Source: an uncultured Bacteroidota bacterium
GTDB taxonomy: Bacteria; CLD3; SB21; JBBIRG01
Direction of reading: 5' to 3'
Assembly (NCBI GenBank): GCA_964609675.1
Contig: CAZSRX010000016.1
Location: forward strand, 1,659-65,658
DNA length: 64,000 nucleotides
The notes under the pieces were generated by a model. It did no database searches and had not been told where the DNA came from. It saw only the letters and a list, made by a program, of their open reading frames with translations. Numbering within the stretch: the first letter of the stretch is position 1; each line of letters opens with the position of its first letter. The position numbers and the translations under genes are program-made. Shown here one piece after another: positions 47,641-57,402 of this stretch.

Positions 47641-49017
47641 ATGAGCGCTTTTACTATAAAAGATTTTCAGCGTCTGGGTTCCGTCCGGCATGTTGCGCCG
47701 GAATGGACGGCGGCAGCCGTCAGTACCGACAGCAGGACACTGGATAAAGGCCATGTGTTTTTCGCGCTTCCCGGAAAGCAACATGATGGACATGACTTTG
47801 TGGCTCCGGCGCTTGATGCCGGCGCTGTTTGCGTGGTTTCCGAAGCCTGGTTTGAACGGAACGGGCATCGGTTCGCGCATCGGCCGCTGGTAGTCGTTGA
47901 AGACACGCTTAAAGCGCTTCAGCAATTAGCCTGTCATCACCGACAGCAGTTCGGCTGTTCGGTGATTGCGGTTACGGGCACCAACGGGAAGACCACGTGC
48001 AAGGAAATGCTGAGCGCCGTATTTTCCTCCACGTTCAATACCGTAGCGACCCGGGGTAATTTTAACAACGAAATCGGCGTGCCTTTGACGCTGTTGCAGA
48101 TTCGCGCCGACACGGAGATTGCCGTGGTGGAAATGGGCGCCGATCATCCCGGCGATATTGCGCTGCTATGCGAAATCGCGCTGCCCGACAGTGGCGTGAT
48201 CACGAATGTCGGCAAGGCGCATCTGGAGTTTTTCGGCACTGTTGAGCGCGTGGCGGCCACCAAGCTGGAATTATTCAATTATCTGCTGGCCGACGGCGTC
48301 CGCTACATCAATGCGGATGATCCGCGGATCAGCCCCCATCAAGCCCTCGGGAGCGGGTTCTACACCTTCGGCTATGAAAAGCCGTCCGATTACCGCGGCG
48401 AGGTGCTTGCCGTTGATCAAGAAGGTTGCGCACGGATTCGTGTTACCGGTCCGGAGATGGAGCATCTGGAATTCCAACTACAGGCGCCGGGACTTCACCA
48501 GAAATATAATGCGCTGATTGCGGCTTCTATCGGTTTATCCATGGGCCTACCGGCCGAAGCCGTTACCCATGCGCTGGAAAATTATCGCCCGCTCAGCAAC
48601 CGTCTTTCCGTCCGGCGTTCCCGCAACCGCGTCATAGTCGATGATACGTACAACGCTAACCCGGAATCCATGCGCGCGGCGGTGGAAACCCTGTTTCAGA
48701 TTGCCTGCGAAGGCCGACGGTTCTGCGTGCTCGGCGATATGCTGGAACTGGGCGAATCATCGGCGATTGAGCATCAGCGGCTCGGCGAATGGCTGCGGGA
48801 AAAATCCTTATCGGGTATTTATCTGTTAGGGCCGCACATGAAGAAAACCGCGGAAGCGCTTGATGCATGCGCCGCCGTCCGGCATTTTGATAAAAAAGAA
48901 GAATTGATAAAGATGTTAAAGACGTCCATTCAGGACGGTGATGCGGTGTTGGTAAAAGGTTCACGCGGCATGCATATGGAAGACGTAACCGAAGCCCTTA
49001 ATACCTTTGCGGAGTAA
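47641..49017 (+). CDS. murF: UDP-N-acetylmuramoyl-tripeptide--D-alanyl-D-alanine ligase
   Basis: GTNGKTT P-loop. MurF-specific NFNNEIGVPLTLL, VIVDDTYNANPESM and C-terminal VKGSRGMHMED. No DNPR motif of MurE. Confidence 0.85.
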   Translation: MSAFTIKDFQRLGSVRHVAPEWTAAAVSTDSRTLDKGHVFFALPGKQHDGHDFVAPALDAGAVCVVSEAWFERNGHRFAHRPLVVVEDTLKALQQLACHHRQQFGCSVIAVTGTNGKTTCKEMLSAVFSSTFNTVATRGNFNNEIGVPLTLLQIRADTEIAVVEMGADHPGDIALLCEIALPDSGVITNVGKAHLEFFGTVERVAATKLELFNYLLADGVRYINADDPRISPHQALGSGFYTFGYEKPSDYRGEVLAVDQEGCARIRVTGPEMEHLEFQLQAPGLHQKYNALIAASIGLSMGLPAEAVTHALENYRPLSNRLSVRRSRNRVIVDDTYNANPESMRAAVETLFQIACEGRRFCVLGDMLELGESSAIEHQRLGEWLREKSLSGIYLLGPHMKKTAEALDACAAVRHFDKKEELIKMLKTSIQDGDAVLVKGSRGMHMEDVTEALNTFAE

Positions 49018-49021
49018 CGGT

Positions 49022-50128
49022 ATGTTTTATTATTTATATCAGTTGATAGCCGACTACGGAATATCAGGAACCAATTTGTTCCGCTACATTACGTTTCGTT
49101 CAGCCATGGCCGCCGTTACCGCGCTGGCGATTAGTCTGTTTGTTGGCCCGTATATTATCCGAAAGCTCAAAGAAAAGCAGATTGGCGAAGAAATCCGCAC
49201 CGACGGTCCGCAGACGCATCTGTCTAAAGCCGGCACGCCGACCATGGGCGGGCTGATTGTACTGGCTTCAGTAATTTTTCCCACGCTGCTCTGGGCGGAT
49301 CTTTCCAATACGCTGGTCCTTTTGATTTTACTGTCCACGGTGTGGATGGGCGCCGTCGGCTTTATTGACGATTATCTCAAGGCAATAAAAAAAATGAAAA
49401 GCGGTCTGGTGGCGCGGTATAAAACGATCGGCCAGATTTCTCTTGGATTGATTATCGGTTCGGTGATATACTTCTCGCCGGAATTTGAATCCATCGCGAC
49501 CATCACTACCATACCGTTTTTTAAGAACATGAATCTCGATTTCGGCTATTTCTATATTCCGCTGGTGGTGCTGGTAATCACGGCGACGTCAAATGCGGTG
49601 AACCTCACCGACGGTCTGGATGGCCTGGCCATCGGCATCGTTTCCATCGCCGTTGCCGCGTTCGGCCTTATCTGCTACGTCACGGGTAATGTGAATTACA
49701 GCGATTATCTGAATATACTGTACATACCGCAGAGCAGCGAACTGACGATTTTCTGCACGGCGCTGGTCGGCGCGGGACTTGGCTTTTTATGGTACAATGC
49801 GTATCCGGCGCAGGTGTTTATGGGCGATACGGGCGCGCTCGCGCTGGGCAGCGCCATCGGGACGATTGCCATTCTGGTGAAAAAAGAACTATTGTTGCCG
49901 ATCATCGGCGGCGTCTTTGTCGCGGAAACGTTGTCGGTAATCATTCAGGTGCAGTATTTCCGATACACGAAAAAGAAATACGGGGTAGGCCGCCGGATAT
50001 TTCTGATGGCGCCTCTGCATCACCATTTTGAACTCAAGGGCTGGCATGAAACCAAGGTCGTCACGCGTTTCTGGATTATGGCGGTTCTATGCGCGCTCTT
50101 AACTTTAACTACATTCAAAGTGCGGTAA
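49022..50128 (+). CDS. mraY: Phospho-N-acetylmuramoyl-pentapeptide transferase
   Basis: Ten-TM glycosyltransferase-4 family with DDYLK, NAVNLTDGLDGLA and HHHFE motifs. The ATG at 49022 lies just after the murF stop; the ORF track's TTG at 49007 overlaps murF. Confidence 0.9.
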   Translation: MFYYLYQLIADYGISGTNLFRYITFRSAMAAVTALAISLFVGPYIIRKLKEKQIGEEIRTDGPQTHLSKAGTPTMGGLIVLASVIFPTLLWADLSNTLVLLILLSTVWMGAVGFIDDYLKAIKKMKSGLVARYKTIGQISLGLIIGSVIYFSPEFESIATITTIPFFKNMNLDFGYFYIPLVVLVITATSNAVNLTDGLDGLAIGIVSIAVAAFGLICYVTGNVNYSDYLNILYIPQSSELTIFCTALVGAGLGFLWYNAYPAQVFMGDTGALALGSAIGTIAILVKKELLLPIIGGVFVAETLSVIIQVQYFRYTKKKYGVGRRIFLMAPLHHHFELKGWHETKVVTRFWIMAVLCALLTLTTFKVR

Positions 50129-50130
50129 TC

Positions 50131-51519
50131 ATGAATCACGGATCAGGCTCCACCGGATACGACCTGTTTAAGAACCGAAAGATTGCGGTTATCGGCGCCG
50201 CTAAAAGCGGACTGGCGGTTGTTCGCTTATTGAAAAACCATGATGCGGTGGTATTCGTCAGCGAAAAAGAGAAGGCCGAAAAGCGGATGGCGGAACACGA
50301 ACAGCTACGCGCGTGGCATGTCGAATGTGAATTCGGTCAGCATAGCGAACGGATTCTGGAATCCGATTTTATCGTGATCAGTCCCGGCGTGCCCGGGAAT
50401 ATTCCCGTTCTACGGCAGGCCCGGCAGGCCAACATTCCGGTTTACAGCGAACTCGAAGTCGCTTCGTGGCTCCTTCGTTCGCCGATGATTGCCATCACCG
50501 GAAGTAACGGTAAGACCACCACCACGACGCTGACCGGTAAAATATTTGAAGCGGCCGGCCGGCCGGTCATAGTGGCGGGAAATGTCGGTACGCCGCTGTC
50601 GGCATTTGCCGAAAACAGCGCGCCGGATGGGGTCGCCGTCATCGAAGTGAGCAGTTTTCAGGCCGAGGGTTTTCTGCACTTCCGGCCGAAGATAGGCGTT
50701 CTGCTGAACCTGTCGCCGGACCACATGGATCGGTATGTTTCGGTGGAAGAATATTATGCCGCAAAAAAACGCGTTTTTGAGAACCAGCGCAGCGACGATT
50801 ACCTGGTTTACAACGATGACGACGAAGAAGTCAAACGATGGACCGAGTCCATCCGCGCGCGAAAAATTCCTTTCAGTGTCCGGAACACTCTGGCATTCGG
50901 CGCGTTTATCCGGGACAACCGGATTCTATACAAGGTCAACGATACCGAAGTGGATGTGCTGGCGACCGACGAACTGGGCATCCGGGGAAAGCATAATGTT
51001 TACAACGCGCTGGCCGCGGTTTTATGCGCTTCGCTCATGCAGGTGCCGCCGGATGTTATAAGAAAAGTCTTGCGCGATTTTAAAGGCGTCGAGCATCGTC
51101 TGGAACTGGTTGCGGAGATTAACGGCGTAAAATATTATAACGACTCCAAAGCCACCAATGTGGATTCCGCTTATTACGCGCTGGATAGCTTTACCGGGAA
51201 AAAAATATGGTGGATTGCCGGCGGCAAACATAAAGGATCGCCTTATACGCCGCTACGGGAACTGGTCCGTAAAAATGTCCGCGGAATGCTGCTGATCGGC
51301 CAGGCCGCTTCCATCATCGAAAGCGACCTCAGCGGATGCGCGCCGGTAATACAGGCTGAGACTCTGGACAACGCCGTACGACTGGCCTTCGGGCAAGCGG
51401 CCCCCGGCGATGTGGTGCTCCTGTCGCCGGCCTGTTCCAGCTACGACCAGTTTAACAATTACGAAGAACGCGGCCGCCGCTTCAAAGAAGCCGTTCACAA
51501 TCTAAAAAATAACTTGTAA
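50131..51519 (+). CDS. murD: UDP-N-acetylmuramoylalanine--D-glutamate ligase
   Basis: N-terminal Rossmann domain (IAVIGAAKSGLAVVRLL), P-loop GSNGKTTTT and C-terminal Mur ligase domain. The ATG at 50131 follows the mraY stop. Confidence 0.85.
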   Translation: MNHGSGSTGYDLFKNRKIAVIGAAKSGLAVVRLLKNHDAVVFVSEKEKAEKRMAEHEQLRAWHVECEFGQHSERILESDFIVISPGVPGNIPVLRQARQANIPVYSELEVASWLLRSPMIAITGSNGKTTTTTLTGKIFEAAGRPVIVAGNVGTPLSAFAENSAPDGVAVIEVSSFQAEGFLHFRPKIGVLLNLSPDHMDRYVSVEEYYAAKKRVFENQRSDDYLVYNDDDEEVKRWTESIRARKIPFSVRNTLAFGAFIRDNRILYKVNDTEVDVLATDELGIRGKHNVYNALAAVLCASLMQVPPDVIRKVLRDFKGVEHRLELVAEINGVKYYNDSKATNVDSAYYALDSFTGKKIWWIAGGKHKGSPYTPLRELVRKNVRGMLLIGQAASIIESDLSGCAPVIQAETLDNAVRLAFGQAAPGDVVLLSPACSSYDQFNNYEERGRRFKEAVHNLKNNL

Positions 51520-51534
51520 CCCTATTGAAACACC

Positions 51535-52830
51535 ATGACAGAACAAACAATAAAACCGGCTCAATCCATAGATAAAATATTGCTGATGGTGGTACTGATT
51601 CTGATGACGTTTGGCATTGTCATGATATTCAGCGCCAGCCAGGTTATTGCAGAGAGGAAATTCGATAACACGTTCCATTTTCTGCTGCAGCAATTGCTGC
51701 GCGTCTGTCTGGGCTTCCTGATACTGGTGGTAGCGGCCAAATACGATTATCATAATTATATGAATAAAACGATGCTGTTCATGCTGATCGCTTTTATTCT
51801 GCTGATTGTGGTGCTGGGACTGGAGCGGGTTAAAGGGGCTTCGCGATGGCTCTCCATCGGCGGCTTCGGCATCCAGCCTTCTGAAATCGCCAAGCTGGGT
51901 CTGATTTTTTATCTGGCTGCATACCTGAACAACAAGGGTGACCGGATTCGCGATTTTCAGAACGGCCTGCTGCCGCCCTTGCTGATAGCGGGCGTCTTTG
52001 CGTTCATGATCATCCTGCAGCCCAATTTCAGTACGGCGGTGGTCCTGATGATGATGGTTCTCGCTGTATTATTCATCGGAGGCATGCGGATGAAGCATCT
52101 GCTCCTGCTGCTGGGTTCGCTGATACCGTTGGCGGGGATTCTTGCCGTCGTGAGTCCCTACCGCTTTGCGCGTCTCTATACGTTTATGCATCCGGAATCG
52201 GATGCGCAGGGGATGGGCTATCAGATTAAACAATCGTTGATTAGTTTCGGCAACGGCGGCCTTTTCGGCGTCGGTCTCGGGGAAGGCAAACAGAAAATGC
52301 TTTTTCTGCCGGAACCGTTTACGGATTTTATTTATTCCATCATCGGCGAGGAACTGGGATTCATCGGGGCGGTAGCCGTGCTGGCGCTGTTTGTTGTGTT
52401 TCTGTTCCGCGCCGTCAAAATCGCCCGAACCGCGCCGGACCTTTACGGTTTTTATCTGGCCGCCGGCATTATCATCAGCATCGCGCTGTACGTGGTAATC
52501 AATGCCGGCGTAGCGGTCGGGATTTTTCCGACCACCGGACTGCCGATGCCGTTTATCAGTTATGGCGGCACCTCGCTGTTGTTTACGTGTTTCATGATCG
52601 GCGTCCTGCTGAACATATCCAAACAAAGCGTGTCCAAAGAAGAAGCGCTCAAGGTTATCATGCCCGAAGGCGACAACGGCGAACGTCTGAGCGAGAATTT
52701 TAATGTGTATATGAATGCCGATGAAAATCCGGCCGGTAAAGCATACAAAAAAACCGGTACGGTGCCGCCGCAATCGGCAAAGAACAAAAAATCGATACCC
52801 AGCATAGTGGGTATGGATTTTTCCGATTAA
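51535..52830 (+). CDS. ftsW: SEDS-family peptidoglycan glycosyltransferase FtsW
   Basis: Ten-TM SEDS protein with PSE(I)AKL and LPEPFTDFI motifs. Sits in the conserved position between murD and murG. Confidence 0.85.
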   Translation: MTEQTIKPAQSIDKILLMVVLILMTFGIVMIFSASQVIAERKFDNTFHFLLQQLLRVCLGFLILVVAAKYDYHNYMNKTMLFMLIAFILLIVVLGLERVKGASRWLSIGGFGIQPSEIAKLGLIFYLAAYLNNKGDRIRDFQNGLLPPLLIAGVFAFMIILQPNFSTAVVLMMMVLAVLFIGGMRMKHLLLLLGSLIPLAGILAVVSPYRFARLYTFMHPESDAQGMGYQIKQSLISFGNGGLFGVGLGEGKQKMLFLPEPFTDFIYSIIGEELGFIGAVAVLALFVVFLFRAVKIARTAPDLYGFYLAAGIIISIALYVVINAGVAVGIFPTTGLPMPFISYGGTSLLFTCFMIGVLLNISKQSVSKEEALKVIMPEGDNGERLSENFNVYMNADENPAGKAYKKTGTVPPQSAKNKKSIPSIVGMDFSD

Positions 52831-52831
52831 T

Positions 52832-53950
52832 ATGAAACCTTTACGCTTTGTCATAGCCGCCGGAGGTACCGGCGGACACATTTATCCCGCGCTGGCCATC
52901 GGCGAGGCCTTGCGATTGCGTCATCCCGAATGCCGGATTTTATACGTCGGTACTAACCGGGGGCTGGAAAAGAAAGTAATACCGGCCGGAGGATTCGAAC
53001 TGAAAACGATTGTCATGAGCGGTATCGTGCGGAGCTGGGCGCCGATGGATATTCTTAAAAATTTAATCGCGCCGTTTAAAGCGCTTATCGGTTTTTTACA
53101 GTCCTTGTGGATTGTGATTCGGTTCCGGCCGGACGCCGTAATCGGTTGCGGGGGTTACGTAACCGGTCCGGTAGTGCTGATTGCGCACTGGTTTGGGAAA
53201 CCTACGATTCTGCAGGAACAGAATTCCAGGCCGGGCCGTACAACCGTGGCGTTATCGCGATGGGTGGATCAAGTGCATATCGCTTACGAAGAAGCCGGTG
53301 CGTTTATCCGGAGAAAACCTATCGTCCATGTGAGCGGCAATCCCTTACGGCAGGGACTGCTCCGGATACCCAGAGAGGAAGCCTGCGCGCGATGGAAGCT
53401 GGATGTGGCGATGCCGGTTTTGCTGATTCTCGGAGGCAGTCTGGGCGCGCGGTCGATCAATCTGGCTATGATAGATATTTATCAGGAACTGATGGCGGCA
53501 ACACGCGTCCAAATAATCTGGCAGTGCGGTTCTGCGGATTATAATATGCTGGAAGCCAAAATAAAGGATCATACGGAAGGCCTGCGCCTTTTTCCTTTTA
53601 TCGACGATATGTCCGCGGCCTATTCCTGCGCCGATCTCGTTCTTTGCCGCGCTGGCGCGATGACCCTGTCCGAACTCACGTGGATGGGCGCGCCCGCCGT
53701 GCTGGTGCCGTATCCGTATGCGGCCGATAATCATCAGGAATATAACGCGCAATCGCTGGTCCGGCGAGGCGCCGCGGTTATGCTGCTAAATCATGAACTG
53801 CAGACTAAACTGAAATATGTTCTGACGGATTTACTGAACCGGCCTGAACAGCTTAAAAATATGGCGGCGAATAGTTCGCAACTCCGGCAGCCCGACGCGG
53901 CCCGGCGCATGGCCGACAGCATCCTGAACCTTGTCAGAAGGAGCCACTGA
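52832..53950 (+). CDS. murG: UDP-N-acetylglucosamine--N-acetylmuramyl-(pentapeptide) pyrophosphoryl-undecaprenol N-acetylglucosamine transferase
   Basis: GT28 N-terminus FVIAAGGTGGHIYPALA and C-terminal donor-binding domain. Confidence 0.9.
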   Translation: MKPLRFVIAAGGTGGHIYPALAIGEALRLRHPECRILYVGTNRGLEKKVIPAGGFELKTIVMSGIVRSWAPMDILKNLIAPFKALIGFLQSLWIVIRFRPDAVIGCGGYVTGPVVLIAHWFGKPTILQEQNSRPGRTTVALSRWVDQVHIAYEEAGAFIRRKPIVHVSGNPLRQGLLRIPREEACARWKLDVAMPVLLILGGSLGARSINLAMIDIYQELMAATRVQIIWQCGSADYNMLEAKIKDHTEGLRLFPFIDDMSAAYSCADLVLCRAGAMTLSELTWMGAPAVLVPYPYAADNHQEYNAQSLVRRGAAVMLLNHELQTKLKYVLTDLLNRPEQLKNMAANSSQLRQPDAARRMADSILNLVRRSH

Positions 53951-53957
53951 TTTTTTT

Positions 53958-55340
53958 ATGAAGCAAACGATACGGCACATACATTTTATAGGTATCGGCG
54001 GCATCGGCATGAGCGCGCTCGCGGAAATCCTGCACCGGAAAGGTTATGCGGTCAGCGGTTCCGATCAGGCGCGGAGTGCGGTCACCGCGCATCTCGCGGA
54101 AAAAGGGATTACGGTGTTTGAGGGACACCGCAGCGAACAGGTGCGCGGCGAACTCGTGGTGTACAGCTCGGCTATCGACGTTTCCAATCCGGAGCTGGCG
54201 GAAGCCCGCCGGCGGAATATCCCGTGCATCAAGCGGGCCGAACTGCTGGGAGAACTGCTGCGGAACCGAAAAGGCATCTGTGTCGCCGGCACGCATGGCA
54301 AAACCACCACGTCGGCAATGATCGGTACGATGCTTATTCACGCGGGCTTTGATCCCACGCTGTTCATCGGCGGTATCGTTAAGGCAATCCAATCCAACAC
54401 ACGGTTGGGCGACAGCGAATGGATCGTAGCGGAGGCCGATGAGTTTGACCGCTCTTTTCTGCAGATGCATTCGTTTATCAGCGTGATCAACAACATTGAA
54501 GCCGACCATCTCGATTGTTATCGGGATTTAGAAGATTTGCGGCAGTCTTTCACGCAGTTTGCCAATATGACCTCGCTCTTCGGCTCCGTGGTTATCAACG
54601 TGGATGATCCGGGCGCGGCAGGGATTTTGCCCTCTGTGGTACGGAAAAAGATTACGCTGGGTATTCGTAAACCGGCTATGCTGACGGCCGGCGCTATACA
54701 TACCGGAAACGGAAAGACATCTTTTTCGGTAATGGATAATCACAATCAACTGGGCCAGATCCAACTTGTAATACCGGGCATGCATAATGTTTATAATGCT
54801 CTGGCGGCCGTTGCGGTAGGGCTCGAACTGGAAATTCCGTTTGAAACCATCCGGCAGTCCCTGTCGGTCTTTGAAGGCGCGGCCCGCCGTTTCGACATCA
54901 TCGGAACACCGGGCGATATTACGGTGATCGACGATTACGCGCATCATCCTTCAGAGATCCGCGCGACGCTGCGCTCGGCGAAAGAACGATACCCGCAGAA
55001 CCGTATCATTGCGGTCTTTCAGCCCCACCTGTACTCCCGGACGCGCGATTTTCTGGATGATTTTGCGCAGGCCTTTCAGACGGCCGACCGGGTCATCCTG
55101 ACCGATATCTATGCCGCGCGTGAAAAGCCGATTCCGGGGTTGGATCTGATACAAATTCTTAACGATAAACTTACTGCCGCGCATCCGCATGCGGAACTGA
55201 TAAAAAATCAGCAACAGATACCGCCGGCGCTCTGGTCCCTCTGCCGACCCGGCGATGTGGTGATTTTTCTCGGTGCGGGCGATATCACGCAGACGGCTAA
55301 GCAGTTCGCCGAATTTCACAACAAGAAAGCATCGAAATGA
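53958..55340 (+). CDS. murC: UDP-N-acetylmuramate--L-alanine ligase
   Basis: IHFIGIGGIGMSALAE Rossmann start, GTHGKTTTS P-loop and Mur ligase C-domain. The ATG at 53958 follows the murG stop. Confidence 0.9.
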   Translation: MKQTIRHIHFIGIGGIGMSALAEILHRKGYAVSGSDQARSAVTAHLAEKGITVFEGHRSEQVRGELVVYSSAIDVSNPELAEARRRNIPCIKRAELLGELLRNRKGICVAGTHGKTTTSAMIGTMLIHAGFDPTLFIGGIVKAIQSNTRLGDSEWIVAEADEFDRSFLQMHSFISVINNIEADHLDCYRDLEDLRQSFTQFANMTSLFGSVVINVDDPGAAGILPSVVRKKITLGIRKPAMLTAGAIHTGNGKTSFSVMDNHNQLGQIQLVIPGMHNVYNALAAVAVGLELEIPFETIRQSLSVFEGAARRFDIIGTPGDITVIDDYAHHPSEIRATLRSAKERYPQNRIIAVFQPHLYSRTRDFLDDFAQAFQTADRVILTDIYAAREKPIPGLDLIQILNDKLTAAHPHAELIKNQQQIPPALWSLCRPGDVVIFLGAGDITQTAKQFAEFHNKKASK

Positions 55341-56263
55341 ACGAAATCCGAAAAGTTTTTTCTGGAATCCTGATGCCCGATGAACCGATGGCCAGGCACA
55401 CCTGGTACCGTATCGGCGGACCGGCCGATTGGTACTGCGTTCCGGATACGGTGGAGGATCTGAAAACGCTCGTGCAATACTGCAGCACATCGAAAACACC
55501 TTATTGGGTAGTTGGTAAAGGCACAAATGTGCTAATCAGCGATGACGGCATCCGCGGAGCGGTAATCGATCTGTCGGCCGCCTGTCAGTTCGTGGAATTC
55601 GCCGGAAAATCGGTTACAGTCGGCGCGGCCTATCAGGTGCCGAAGCTGGTTATGGAGTGTGAAAAACGCGCACTGGGCGGCCTGGAATTATTTGCCGGAA
55701 TTCCCGGCAGTGTCGGCGGCGCGTTGAAGATGAACGCCGGCTGCAACGGACGCGAGATTTATGAATATGTCAAAATCGTCAATTATTTAGAGCCGTCCGG
55801 CATGCGTGTTGTTGCGAAAAAGGACATGGCCTACACTTACCGGCATGTGCCGCTTTTTGACGATCCGCTGAAAATCATTGTTTCGGCGGAGCTGACGCTG
55901 GAGCCGGAAGACCCCGCGGTACTTGTTGAACGGCGGAAAACCTCACTGGAAAAACGCCAGCAAACGCAGCCGATCAGCCAGCCGTGCTGCGGCAGTGTTT
56001 TCAAAAACCCGAAAGATAATCACGCCGGGCGCCTGATTGAACAGAGCGGCCTGAAAGGATATCGCGTGGGCGGCGCAGCGGTTTCCGAAAAACACGCCAA
56101 TTTTATTGTTAACGAAGGCGCGGCTACCGCAGCCGATGTCCTGCACATTATTCAGCATATACAACAAACGGTACACAGACAATATAATATATGGCTGGAA
56201 CCCGAAGTCAAATTAATTGGCTTTCCGGATCCGGTCCTGCAACGCGTGTTGAAGTATGATTAG
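55337..56263 (+). CDS. murB: UDP-N-acetylenolpyruvoylglucosamine reductase
   Basis: FAD-binding PCMH domain (GGPADWYCVP, VGKGTNVLISD) and C-terminal MurB domain. The start overlaps the murC stop (ATGA). Confidence 0.85.
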   Translation: MNEIRKVFSGILMPDEPMARHTWYRIGGPADWYCVPDTVEDLKTLVQYCSTSKTPYWVVGKGTNVLISDDGIRGAVIDLSAACQFVEFAGKSVTVGAAYQVPKLVMECEKRALGGLELFAGIPGSVGGALKMNAGCNGREIYEYVKIVNYLEPSGMRVVAKKDMAYTYRHVPLFDDPLKIIVSAELTLEPEDPAVLVERRKTSLEKRQQTQPISQPCCGSVFKNPKDNHAGRLIEQSGLKGYRVGGAAVSEKHANFIVNEGAATAADVLHIIQHIQQTVHRQYNIWLEPEVKLIGFPDPVLQRVLKYD

Positions 56264-57380
56264 AAAAAAACGCACACAAAGCCAGGTCGATTTGTTTGCC
56301 GACGAACTGATGGAACTGGAATCGGAGGTTCATAAAGAATCCCGTTCTATGACGCGAACTCCGTCACGGGTGTCCGCCACGAGTTCGAGCGCGGTCGCGG
56401 ATTACCGTAAAACCGCTTCGGTCGATGTGGTGAACCACGAGGACAGCGGCGAGCTGTTTGAGCAGGCAACGGAAGAAATAACCTTGCCCGAAACCGATGA
56501 AACGCCGGTTCCTCAAACGGCCTCGAAGAAAGACGGGGACAGCAGGGATTTCATCATTAACCGCGATTTTGCCGACGGTTTCTATGTCCGTGAAACGCCG
56601 CCGGATAATGAGCAAACATCCCTTACCGGCCGTACCCATCGGACGCTCATGCGGCGCCGGTTGATGAAACTGTTGCTGTTGGTTTTTCTGATTATGATCC
56701 TGCTGACGGTTCTCAATTGGAAAGAATGGGTTACTGAGTCCTCGCTGTTTACGCTTAAAAACATTGTCGTTACCAATACCATTCTCGCCACCCGTGAAGA
56801 AGTCCTGCAATCGGCCGGCCTGGAAAAAAACGCGCGGCTCGGAACCATCAACCTGGAGGCCGTGGCGGAGCGCGTGAAAAAAAATCCGCTTTTCCGGAAT
56901 GTCACCGTGAGCCGCAACTACCCTTCGACCGTGGTAATCACGGTCGAAGAACGCCGTCCGCTCAGCTTCCTGATTGGTCAGGACATTTACGCCATGGATG
57001 AAGAAGGCGTGATTCTGCCGAAGCTTAAACCGATCCGCCAGTACAACCTGCCGGTGATTACGGGTATCCGTACCGCGGTGAAACCGGGGCTGCGAGCCCA
57101 GTCAAACGAATTGAAAGCGATATTACAATTTCTCAAAATGGCGAAGGATCGCACACCGGCTCTGTATTTTGAAATCTCGGAAATAAACCGCCAGAAAGAC
57201 CGGACCGTGCTGTACCTGAATACCCTGCCGGTGGCGTTGGTGGCGGACATGAATTATCCGGCCAGAACTCTGCTCTATATGGAGCTGGTGCAGCAGGCGC
57301 TCAAAGACGGCGCGCGGCTCCGCGATCTCCGGGAAGTGGATCTGCGTTACGACGGCCAGTTGGTATTAAGGAAAAAATAG
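56256..57380 (+). CDS. ftsQ: Cell-division protein FtsQ/DivIB with an ~130-aa acidic cytoplasmic N-terminal extension
   Basis: Single TM (LMKLLLLVFLIMILLTVL) followed by a POTRA-like domain and beta domain. Sits in the conserved position between murB and ftsA. Confidence 0.6.
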   Translation: MIRKKRTQSQVDLFADELMELESEVHKESRSMTRTPSRVSATSSSAVADYRKTASVDVVNHEDSGELFEQATEEITLPETDETPVPQTASKKDGDSRDFIINRDFADGFYVRETPPDNEQTSLTGRTHRTLMRRRLMKLLLLVFLIMILLTVLNWKEWVTESSLFTLKNIVVTNTILATREEVLQSAGLEKNARLGTINLEAVAERVKKNPLFRNVTVSRNYPSTVVITVEERRPLSFLIGQDIYAMDEEGVILPKLKPIRQYNLPVITGIRTAVKPGLRAQSNELKAILQFLKMAKDRTPALYFEISEINRQKDRTVLYLNTLPVALVADMNYPARTLLYMELVQQALKDGARLRDLREVDLRYDGQLVLRKK

Positions 57381-57402
57381 ATAAATCAAATACAGGTGTA
57401 AT

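Noticed and set aside
47641-49017. Annotating the Mur ligase after ftsI as MurE on the basis of canonical dcw synteny
   Set aside because: The sequence has MurF-specific motifs (NFNNEIGVPLTLL, DDTYNANP, C-terminal VKGSRG) and lacks the MurE DNPR motif.
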